Origin: Vitrella brassicaformis CCMP3155
Lineage: Eukaryota; Protista; Chromerida
DNA: 64,000 nt
Assembly: GCA_001179505.1 (NCBI GenBank)
Contig: CDMY01000164.1
Coordinates: 1-64,000 of the forward strand
Direction of reading: 5' to 3'
Under the pieces are notes generated by a model that worked only from the letters and a program-made list of their open reading frames with translations, had not been told where the DNA came from and did not search any database. Positions 38,052-49,123 of this stretch are shown here, one piece after another (within the stretch, counting starts at the first letter, position 1; every line of letters starts with the position of its first letter). The position numbers were made by a program, and so were the translations under genes.

Positions 38052-40282
38052 TCACGTCATCCGCAGCGACCTGAAGCTCACCCTGCCATCCCGCCCCTTC
38101 TCGACCCACCCCACCGCCCCCCACACCACCGCAGCCACGTCCTTGGTGAAGCCGTTGTCAATGTCCCCCACCAGCCCCCACTTGGCGGCCTCGTCCAGGA
38201 TGGCCCGCTGCACCACCTCACGCAACTCCATCTTGCGGCCACCCACACCGCCCACCACAAAGCACTGCAGCTGCGGCACACGCACCACCTGGCCGCCCAC
38301 CTCGGCCGTCCCACCCACCGCCTCCCTGTTGCTGCTGGCCTGATACACTGCCGACTTGACGAAGTGCTCCGCTGTGGCACACACACGGCGGGCCATGTCG
38401 GTGTGCCGCACGCCGATGGCCTCACCGATGGCCTCCTGGGCGGCATCCATGTCGAAGAGGTATGACGCGATGCGCCAGCCGAAGATGGGGGCCTCCTGCG
38501 GGCCGACGGCCAGCCGGGGGGTCAGGAGGGCCGCGAGGGAGCGGTGGGGGGCGAGGGCGGCGGTGACGGCCGCCATGACGGCAGTAGGCACCTCGTTGAG
38601 CACCGTGGTGTACTCGGCCAGCACCAGCTGGCGGCGACGGCGGTCCCTCTCTATGGCTGTGGGGATGGTGGTGATGGTGGTGATGCTGGTGATGTCGGCC
38701 CCCGCCCGCAGCAGGCTGCGGATGATCAGCTTGAACTTGCCACTCTGGGCGCGATGCCGTTCCGTGGTGGCCTCGGGTGTGTTTGGGTGCTGCAGCTGTT
38801 GGGTGCGGCAGTAGAGCTCGTAGGCAGCGACGGAGAGGGGTGTGAATGACGTTGTGAGTGTCCGTCTGTCGATCTGGTCAGCGGGCAGCTTACGGCAGAG
38901 GTAGTCGGCCACCTTGGGGGAGCCATACGCTGCCGCGCGGTGCAGTGGCGTCCATCCAATGCCATCGGCTGCCGTCATGTCGGCCCCGTTCGCCGCTATG
39001 AGGTCGAGGTAGGCGTCGATGAAGGACTGGGGATAGTGCGCATTTGAGTTGAAGGCTGCGTGGCGCACCGGGGTGTAGCCATAGCGTTCTTCGGTGGCGA
39101 GGGTGTGGTCTCGTGCGATGAGTTGCTCATACATCGACAGCAGCAGCTGCAGATACTCGGGGGGAGGCTGACACAGGGTGAGGGGCAGCGCCATCACCGT
39201 GCGTGAGCCTGGTGGGCGCAGGTCGATGTCGTGACGAGCCGTCAGCACGTCGAAGGCCTCCTGGTTGCCGCATCGGATGGTCACTCGAAGGGACGTCTGC
39301 CCGGTCTCATCGGCTTCCGCATTGGGGTCGGCTCCTCCGTCGAGGAGTGCGGTGAAGATCTCCGCCTGCAGCCCAGCAGACGACCACCGTGGCGGGGCGA
39401 CGGGACGGCAAGCATCATCGTCTCCTGCTTCGATGGTCAGGACGGTGTAGTCCGACTTGTTGTCGATGACGATGGCGAGGAGCGGGTAGGGGAACCCACG
39501 ATGCTTGCTGCCCTTCTTCCTTAGTCGAGGCTTGATATTGGGGTTGGCTCCCTGCTCGATGAGATCGGTCACGTGCTGTGCGCTGGGAATGGTGCGGCCG
39601 ATGACGCCCAATCCCAGCGACTTGGTAACGTCGCTGGTGCCGTAAGGGAATCGAGCCTCCAGCTCCTCGGCTCCCAAGAAGCCGTCTGGCACGTCGACTG
39701 AGGTGATTGGCACCACCGGGTGACCTGGGGCGACAAACACAGCCATCAGACGACGCACACCGACAACGAATGCATGTATGGGCCCGCACCTCCCTCTCAT
39801 CTGTCTGTCTGTCTGTCTGTCTGTCTGGCGTACCTTCCTCCTCATAGCCATCGTCATGACCGTCGCTGTCTGAGTTATTGTCGTTGTCCCCCTCACTGTA
39901 ATCGATCTCGTCGTCTTGGTCTTGGTCTTCGTCCAGCACCCCTCCGTCGTCACTGTCGTCCTGCATACCACCGCCCTGACACAGCGACACAGAGGCAACG
40001 GGAGAACAGCCAGGTGACGAGCGTCACATGGACGGACAGAGAGTCCATGAATTAATGCCTCACCGATTCGCTCCCATCGGCCATCCCACCGCCCTCCTCA
40101 CTGTCTCCACCTGAACACAATCAACCACAGGCACACACATCGACACAAATCAAGTGCTGCGGCGTTCGGTGCTGACCGTCAGGCTCATCGCCGCTCTGGA
40201 GTTGCTGCACGGCGTCGACGTCCATCGGGGGCTCCGCGGTGCCCTGCTGCTGCTGCTCAGCTGCTGGTTGTCGTGCGGCCAT
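38052..40282 (-). CDS. Ankyrin-repeat protein ANK-3 (intact; 4 exons)
   Basis: Exons at about 40282-40177, 40113-40062, 39976-39830 and 39724-38052. Ankyrin motifs and family C-terminal domain; open frame throughout the large exon. Confidence 0.85.
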
Positions 40283-40590
40283 GAGCGGGGCTCTGTGTGC
40301 ACACAGAGAGAGGGCCTCACTGCCGCCACTTGACGACCTGACAGTGACACACACACAATGAGAAATGAGGGCCCTTCCTCCACCGACGACGCCCTTGCTC
40401 CTTGCCGCCTGCCCACGTACCTTCTCGTGTCCTCTTCGGACGCCCTGGCCCTCACCTCACACAGATACGCACAGATCTGCCGCCCTGGACCCACGAGTCA
40501 CGATAAGACGGAAATTTGGGGATGCCCGTGGTGTGTTGAGGTGCCTGAACGCTCCACTGGCGGGGATCTCTGCCCATCCCCCGCGCACTT

Positions 40591-40628
40591 CTTAGCTCGC
40601 CCTGTAGGGTGTAGGGTTCAAACCCTAA
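40591..40628 (+). promoter_or_regulatory. CTTAGCTCGC motif plus telomere-like/B-box-like palindrome TAGGGTT-CA-AACCCTA
   Basis: Lies between divergent genes ANK-3 and ANK-4. Same element at 61162-61198; variant AGGGTTCGAGCCCT + CTTAGCTCGC at 48550-48575. Regulatory role is inferred. Confidence 0.4.
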
Positions 40629-41268
40629 CCCGGGACTGCCCAGGCATGTTTGTGATTCTGGAGCGTTCCTTAGGAACCTTGGGTTCCTTGGGTTCCTCTG
40701 TGCGTGTGGAGCGTGCGTGGTTTGATTGTGCGTGAAACCGCTCTCTCTCTCTACGTGTGCGGAGAGAGGACAGGGAGAGCTCTCTTTTGCTGTCTGTCTT
40801 TCGCATACACCCTGTCTACCATCAGACTCAGACCGCTTGCCTGCTTGATTTGACAACCATCTGTCGGCACTTGCAGTGCTACATCTTTTCCTTGATTCAT
40901 CTCGTGAGTCACTTCTCGCTGCTGGTCCAGGGGCAGCGGCAGACTGAGTTCACAGACCCGTTGTCCAGACTCGGATCAACGCGTGGCTTAGCCGCTGTTA
41001 TCCGACGGTAAGTGGGGATGCGATTGACTCATCACGAGCCGCCACGTGATTCGCTGCTGCCTCTGTGTGCTCGTGACGTGACACTGTGTTGTGCAGGTCT
41101 CCTCATCGGCGGGACGGACCGATTGGTAGTTTGCGTCTGCGTACTTAATCGACACACGATAGGTGGGCAAGCACAGACACAAAGCTTCCACCAAGTGCAG
41201 TGTGTCCATCTATCGAATGGCTTTCTCTGTGTGGTGGATGCAGCTGTTAATTGGTGTGTGTTTGAGTG

Positions 41269-43578
41269 ATGTCTGAGTCTCACGGCATCGGCATGCCCTC
41301 TGCTGCCACGGCGGACGGTGACGGTGGCGATGCAGGTACACCACAACCAATTACATCCCGCCACATTCCTTCGTGTGGTTGTCGTTGTCCGTTTCATTGT
41401 GTCTGCAGGCGACGTAGACGAGAAGGGGCATGGCGGCGGCGGACCAGCAGAGGACGACAATCGCAATGGCATCGGTGATAGTGGTGAGTGACTGACAAAT
41501 CATGCCACATAGACCAGTCGACACACCAGCAGCACAGCACACTGATGTGTTCTCTGTCGGTGCGTCGCCTGTGTCTGTGGTCAGACGAGCAGCAGAAGGA
41601 GGAGGGCGGGGTGGCCGACGAGGAGCCAGGCCCTCAAGCAGCAGCAGCAGCTGAGAGCGAACCGGTGAGGCACTCATTCATGAACACACTCCCCGTCGAT
41701 ATGATGTCCGTCACCTTGCCCCTTTGTGGCGTCGGGATTCCATGCAGGAGGATGGTGCTGGTGCTGGCGACGACAGTGAGGAGTCAGATGAGTACAGTGA
41801 CTCATCCGGCGACGACAGTGAGGTGGCGTACGAGGAGCATGGTACGCCTGACAGACAGATGTGACAATGCTATACACACACACTCGCTATGTGCCCGCCT
41901 CGTGTGGTGGCTCTGTGCACCGCAGGTCATCCTGTGGTGGCGGCCACTGGCGTGACTGTCCCTGAGGGCTGGGCGGGCCCCAGTGAAATCGAGGTCCGCT
42001 TCTCCCCCGGCACCACCGAGGCCACCAAGCAGCTGGGGCTGGGCGTCATCGGCCGCACCACCATCGACCCACGCCAAGTGACCGACCTCATCCAGCAGGA
42101 AGGAGCCGACCCAGACGTCATGCCTCGGCTGCGGAAGAAGGGCAGCAAGTGTCGTGGCTGCGCCCACTCGCTGCTTTGTCTCGCCATTGACAACCTGTTA
42201 GACCATGCGATACCGACCATCCGTGCAAATGCGGAGCGAGACTGGGTCTTCACCGGCCGTCCCGCTGTCCTACCGCGGTGGTCGTCTGCTGGGCTGCAGG
42301 CGGCCGTCATGACGGCACTCATCGACGGAGGCGCCGATATCAACGCGATAGACCCCTACACGGAAATCGAGGACAGGCCCCTTGGAGTGGCGATCGCATC
42401 CGGCAACGCGACGGCCTTCGAGCTGCTAATGGCGCAGCCCGGCATCGGCCTGCAGGGGCACAGGGTGATGTGGCTGCGCCAACCGACAAGCTCCCTTCCC
42501 CCCGAGTATGTGGATGTGCTCATGTCGATGTATGAGCGCCTCATCCGAGAGGACCCCACCCTCGCCGCCGAACGAGACAGGGGCAGCAATCTGATGCACA
42601 TTGCCGCCTGGCGGGCGCGGGGGCTCTACCCCAAGTCGTTCATCGACAGCTACCTAGACCTCATCACACAGCACGGGGCCGAGATGACGGCAGTGTGCGC
42701 TGGAGGGACACCACCGCACGACGCGACAGATTGGGGCTCTCCCTACGTGGCTGACTACCTCTGCCGCAAGCTGCCTGCTGAGCACATCGACAGATGGAAC
42801 GATTCCCCTCACCGGCTCGAGAGCAGCACGTCCATCGAAATAGCTGCCGAGAAGCTCGATGACAACACCCGACGGCTCCAGCTCCCCGACACCCGAGGAC
42901 ACCAAGGAACGGAATCGCGCCGAGAGTGACAGGTTCAAGCGGATCATCCATTCGCTGCTGCGGGCGGGCGCCGACATCAATCAGATTCTCACCCCCACAG
43001 CCACAGAGTGGCGCTGCCGTCGTCGCCAGCTGGTGCTGACCGAGTACCCCACGGTGCTCAACGAGGTGCCCGTTGCCGTCATGTCGGCCGTCAACGCCGC
43101 CCTCGCCCCCGCCGTCGGCCCGCAGGAGGCCCCCATCTTCGGCTGGCGCATCGCGTCATACGTCTTCGACATGGACGCCGCCCAGGAGGCCGTCAGTGAG
43201 GCCATCGGTGTGCGGCACACCGACATGGCCCGGCGTGTGTGTGCGGCAGCAGAGCACCTCGTCAAGTCGGCGGTGTACCAGGCCAGCAGCAACAGGGCGG
43301 TGGTGGGGGGGTGTGGGGGGGCGGCGGATGTGGGCGGCCAGGTGGTGCGTGTGCCGCAGCTGCAGTGCTTTGTGGTGGGCGGTGTGGGCGGCCGCAAGAT
43401 GGAGTTGCGTGAGGTGGTGCAGCGGGCCGTCCTGGACGAGGCGGCCAAGTGGGGGCTGACGGGGGCGATCGACAACGGCTTCAGCAAGGATGCGGCTTCC
43501 GTCGAGTGGGGGGCGGTGGGGTGGGTCGAGAGGGGGCGGGACGGCAGACAGATGTTCAGGTCGCTGCAGTTGACGTGA
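41269..43578 (+). pseudogene. Ankyrin-repeat protein ANK-4, frameshifted
   Basis: Exons at about 41269-41335, 41409-41483, 41590-41664, 41748-41843 and 41926-43578. A 2-nt deletion at ~42890 (cccgacacccgag vs cccgacacacccgag in ANK-1) splits ORFs 41889..42929 and 42859..43578. Also a 36-nt in-frame deletion of HRSLAALLTPRL. Confidence 0.7.
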
Positions 43579-44885
43579 GATGCGGACATAGACAGGTTTG
43601 GGTGGCAGGGATGTAGGCAGGTTGGGTATTTTGATGTGAGGATGGATGGATGGTTGTTGGTGCCTGACCCACTCGAGTGCTTCCCTGTCGGCCGCGGACA
43701 GATGGGCTGGGGGGTGAATGGATGGATGGATGGATGCCATTGGATGAAAGGCTGGCAGATGGAGAGCCATCACCCTCATGTGTTCACGACGCATCCACTG
43801 AAATGCCATGTAAACGAACGAACGAACCAGTGGGGTGGTGGCTCACCTGCTGCCTGCAGTGCACGTGCACAGTACAGAGACGGCGGCTGACCGGCTGGCG
43901 CACAGGGCGAGTGTTTCAACGCTAGCTGGTGTGTACGGTGTGAGTGTGTGGATTCCGTGTGCCCAATGAAACAGCGCCAACAAGAGCTTTATCAATGATG
44001 CGTGGGAAGACCTTTATCATTTAGGGGCTTACACGACATTAATGTGTTTGTGTGTCCGAACCGGCTTTGGTCGACAAGATGCATGCGAGACCGTTGCGGT
44101 CAGTCATTCACTCACTCATCGACAAAAGCGACAACGCTGACAAGAAACAGCGACCTTTACCGATTTAAACGCACTGTGTCCGCTGCATTTTAAATCGGTC
44201 ACAGTCTGTGTGTGCGCTGGCAGTCACTGACTGTAAGTAATCTACCCCCACATACCTACCGTGTGTGTGGCAACAGGCATACACGTATTCACACAATCAG
44301 TCAGACCAGTCAGTCGCCCATGAATAGACAATATGAATGCACACATGATACATACCATCCATCCGTCCATCCATCCATCCGTCCATTATCACATCCATGG
44401 AACGCCTTCTCGGCCTGCCCGACATGGATGAATCACCATGAATGGCCGGCCAGGCCTCAACCGAGACGGTGGGCTGGGATCGACTGTCTGTAAGTGCCCA
44501 GATGCACACACCGCAGCTGGGCGGGTCATCCATCGATCCATCCAGATAGTGTCTGCACGTGGACCTAATCAGATGGCCGGCCATGCGGCAGCTACGGCTA
44601 GGGTGCTGTCCTGTCTTGTGTGTGGACAGACAGACAGCCTGGCCACACACACACACACGTGGGCGGTGCGGTGTGCACACACTGTGAGACCTTGCCTGTC
44701 CCCCCGTGTTGTTCTCACCGATTAAGAGCGACGAATTGCCTCCACCAGAGTTCTCCGTGTGTTGATGGTGAAGTCGTCGACCTTCGTGCCGTTTGGGAGC
44801 AGCTGTCGAATCGCCGTGATAATGGAGTCATCCGCTTCCGCTTCCAGCCACAGCACCACACGCCTCAGGCCGCGCAGCCCAGCGG

Positions 44886-47800
44886 TCAGTGTAGTCGAGA
44901 CCCCGTCACGGTGAGCTCGGCAGCAACAGCATTCTCCAACTCATGGGGCACTGAATAAAGACACACAAGATGAACCGATGAGGATCTTCCTGCACTCACT
45001 GCATTCCTGACATACCTTCTAAGTGCATGTGCATGGTGTGAATCGACGGGAAGTCCTCCGACCCCCAGCTGTCAAAGGCGCCGCCCTGCGTGAGACTGAC
45101 CGTGCCAACTTCGACAATGTCCACCTCCCTCTCCTGCCCCAGCGCCTCAAGCACGGCAATTCTATCCTCTGCACTGACAGCTGCATCAAACCAGACGATC
45201 CCCACCCTCATGGGCATCTTCATCGCGAGCAGCCTGCCCGCAGCCCCGCCAACCGCGCTGCAAATGCGCAGCGCCCCGGCCCTTGGGAACGGCTGCAGGT
45301 GGTTGATGATGGTGGGTGTGGGGGCGGGGGTGCCGGGAGGAGGGCCGAAGCCGTCGGCATTGGCGACCGTCACGCAATGTGCCTTGTCGAATGTGAGGCT
45401 CTCTGCGATCCCAACGGCCGCTTGGCTGGGGCTGTTGACGGGGTGAGTGACGTCATGCTGGCTGATGGTGTAGGTCACGCGGGTCGCCTGCCGTTCCGCC
45501 TCCTGGATGGCCGTCTTGATGAAGGGGGAGGGGCGAGGGGGGAATGCGTCAGCGTAGAAGGGGGACAGATCGAAGCTGACCGGACGTGTGACCTGCACGT
45601 TGAGCGGCACGTCCGGTGAGACGCAGCAGTTGCTGATGAAGCCGTCGACAGCCAGCAGGGCAGAGAGACTATCGTGGTCTTGGAATGGTGGAATCCGCAC
45701 GTCGAACCTCGTCAACGCCTTGTGGCAGCCGCGCGATGTGAGCACATCCTAAAACCAAAGAGACAAGGACGTCATCCGTGTGTTTGCAAGCACAAATGAG
45801 GGAGGCCTCTGCTGTGTGGTCATTGCTCACCTGCAGTCGCCTTGCCCCCTCCCGGTATTGCTCTGGTGTCTCATCATCATCGTCATACTCGATCCCCCCG
45901 ATGGTCTGCAGGTGTCTGAGCGGCCCCGGCCGGCCAGCGGATGGCTTGGGGAAGCTCTCGAACAACCCCGCCCACTCCTCCCATGACCGCCACCGCCCCC
46001 CCATCTCTTTCAGCGATGAGGACGAGATGATGAATCGGCCCAGCTCGTCGTCATCCCACCCCTCCTGCCCCAGATACTCAAGTGCGGGCATGTGCCAGCT
46101 TCTGTCGGCCAGCACACGGTGCTGTCGGACGGCTCCTGTGACGGTCCTGAGGGCATGGAGGGTCGGCGGGGGGGCGAATGAAGGAGGGACGGGGGGACGC
46201 TTCCGCTTCGGACTGTTGGTGGGCAGTTGGCTAATGCTGCTGGGCTGGGCCGTCTCCTTATTGCTGCTGCTGGTTGTGCTGTTGGTGCTGGTGAATTTGA
46301 TGGACTCCAGACTGCCCCTCGCCATGTGCTGCTGGCCATTCTTCTTACGCGACTCGCGACGGCCGTCCGCATGGCCCTCTACGACGCATATCATCCTGTC
46401 CAGACACCACAACCGGTCGCCGTGTGGCTGCACCATCCTGAGCGCTGTCAGGTTGGGCAGCCGCTTGCCGAGCTGGAAGGCCTCCTTACGCGTCATGCTC
46501 GCCCAGAAGTGACGGTCTGCATCGGTGGAAGAGTCGATGGAGAGGTGGGTCTGCTGGCGAAGGGCGGCCATGTGGATGAGGGAGGGGCTGCTCTGTGCGG
46601 CACCGCCGGCTGCCCGCTGCCCGAAGGCCGCACCGCCAGACATGCTGCCGCCAGTCGACGACGGCGCTCTACTGAAGAGGGACGAAGCTGCCGCACCTGA
46701 TCGACCCACACACACATGCAGCCAGCAGGAGATGGGCCCATCCATCCATCCATCCCTCATGTATGTGTGTGGTGCCCCCTCGTCACTCACCAGTGCAGCC
46801 AGAGATGCTGCCGCTGAAAGGGCCGAACATGGCAGCCGTCCCCGTGGCAGCCCCACCCTGGCCAGACAGACTCGCTCTGCCAGCCCCGCTAAACAGGCTC
46901 CCTGCCGACCCGACTTCCGACGCCGCCCCAGCACCAGACAGATGGCCACCTCCTCCCCCTGTGGATGTCTTGCCGAACGAGAATGGGCCGCTGGTGGGTG
47001 TGGCTGTCGACTGTGCTGTAGATGGAGCTTTGGCAGCCGCGAAGATGCTGCGCCCGAAGAGGTCCACTGGGGCTGGGGTGGTGGTGGTGGTTGCCGGGGC
47101 TGTTGTGGTCGAGGCAAGCGGACGGGTAGCACCCACGCGCTTGGCGGCTCTGGTCCGTGGTTTGGCTGCGGGTGTGTCAGCGCCCAATGTGAACAGCGGA
47201 GAGGGGCCGCCGCCAGATGACCCAGCTGAAGCAACTCTGTCCGACAGGTCTGCCTCCCCCCTTGATGTGCCGGACAGAGATAAGCCGCCAAAGAGAGATG
47301 ATACCGATGGCACACCCGGCAGCACCCCGTCGGCCGTGTCCTCCTTGGATGCTGCTGTGGTCTCGCCATTGGTCGATCCGAAGGTGCCACTGGCACCCGC
47401 AAAGAGCGGACCGCCATTGGTCGACGGCAGGGCGGCAGACGATGTGATGGCCGAGAGGGGTGAGTGGGTGGTGGTGTGGCCGCCAACGGATGGAAGACGG
47501 CTGACGCGAAGATGACAGACGAAGGCAGAGGTGGGTGCACCGCTGTCTGTATTCCATTCCTTCTTGTCGTCCACCTGCTCACTTACCAGCCAGATTTGGT
47601 GCGTGTCGGTTTCTGTCTGCGGGGCTGCTTGTAGAGGAGGGTGATCTTGTTGGGGTCAGTGCTGCGAGCGGGAGGGAGAATGGTCGACAGCTCGCGAGGG
47701 GTCATGAAGCTAACCAGCGACGCCAGCAGGTCGTCGCCAAAGCGTGCGGGGGCCTGAAGCAGACACACCACCGGAGATATGAAGGACTGCTGACATCGTT

Positions 47801-48297
47801 TGTGTGTCGTGTGTAGCTCTCTGTGTACCTTCTTGCTAACATCCCACACCTGCAGACAGACAAGCATGCGCACCGAAGAAGGTCATTCAGCGGGGCATCC
47901 AAGGAGCTTTTTGTTGGTTGAGGTGTGCTTGCCCACCACGGGTGGCTGTGGGTTGGTGTTTATTGGCGCGCTGGTCCGATGCGGCACCACCTGTTTGAAC
48001 TCCTCCCGGCCGCCGACCTCCCGCATGAAGAGCAGCGTCCCTTTGCTGGTCTCCTCGGTGCGATGGACGTCGGCTTTGACCCACACATAGCTCTCATTGG
48101 CACCCCTTCTGGTGCCCGACGTCAGCAGCACACGAGTGCCCTTCCGGTGGCGACCAGCCGACGAACACGATGCCATGACCTAACGAAACAAACAAAGCAA
48201 TGAGTGAATGGATGAATCATTCGTGTGCTGTGCCTTCTCTCACCTCTGCCTGAGGAGGCGAAGCAGCAGATGAAGCTGAAGCTGCCGCTGCTGCCAT
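44886..48297 (-). CDS. Lineage-specific protein B1: small beta-rich N-domain, F-box-like motif, FG-rich low-complexity insert, degenerate LRR-like C-domain; paralog of 61485..>64000
   Basis: Exon 1 MAAAAASASSAASPPQAE and exon 2 are nearly identical to B2. Contains FGDDLLASLVSFMTPRELSTILP and QQTHLSIDSSTDADRHFWASMTRKEAFQLGKRLPNLTAL. Possible frameshift at 44901-44904. F-box and LRR calls are by eye. Confidence 0.6.
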
Positions 48298-49123
48298 GGC
48301 GTGACGCAAACACGGCTGGCGAGAAGAGCACAGAGGTGTGCACCACTCTTGTCATGCATTCTCGTCGTTGACGTGCTGCCTACCGACGAGAACCGAACCG
48401 ATGGCCTCTCTCTCAGCCGAGGCTCCTATCGAGGAGGCCGACCTCGCCAGGACACTCACGAGCGAGCGCTTATCTGCTGCAACACGCGGATCTGCGCACC
48501 AACTCCTTGCACGCGCTAAACTGTCATGAGGGAGGGTTTGGGGAACGACAGGGTTCGAGCCCTTTCTTAGCTCGCCTGCGAGGTGGAGGAACCCTTCCCT
48601 CATTCTCCCCTCGGCGGGCCTCTTTTTATTCATTCTTGCGCAATTGTTCTTGTGTCCCATGGAGGATGGATGCACCGAGGACGCAGCAGGTACGCACCAC
48701 CGGCGCAAACAGATCTGTTACTATTTCGAGCCAATAGCACATCGGCTGGTGTCCTGGTTGCTGTCAGGGTGGCGGTAAGGCGTTCAGCGGCCTCCGCAAA
48801 GGATTCCTGAGCGGAGGTGTCGGGTCCGAGGAGAAGCGCCACGGCCCTCACACAGGACAGATCAGATGCGGGTAGGTGGCTGCAGGCAGCAGGCTGGGCA
48901 CTGCCAGGTAAGAACAGCTTCTCTCATTGGCTGCCTGCGGAATTGGGCACGCATGAGGCAGGGCGACACGCAAGACGAGGTGAGAAAAGGCAGACGGACA
49001 TCTGGCAGATACATGATGCCATGTCATGTCTGGTTCGTCTCTCGCTTTCTACCCAGAGTGTCAAAGTGTTTGCGACGCAACCAGTGTGAGCAGGCATTCA
49101 ACTAGCACACAACGCACACACCC

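Larger units (their letters stand above)
38052..40628 (-). repeat. Segmental duplication unit, direct copy of 58368..61198 (ANK gene plus upstream region)
   Basis: Exons, introns and ~350 bp of upstream sequence align with the ANK-5 unit; homology stops at tagggtgtagggttcaaacccta. Confidence 0.9.

Noticed and set aside
48500-48580. tRNA gene suggested by the T-loop-like GGTTCGAGCCC (also GGTTCAAACCC at 40615 and 61186)
   Set aside because: No cloverleaf, acceptor stem or correctly spaced A-box; at 48550-48575 the A-box-like TAGCTC lies downstream of the B-box. Kept only as a possible isolated B-box.
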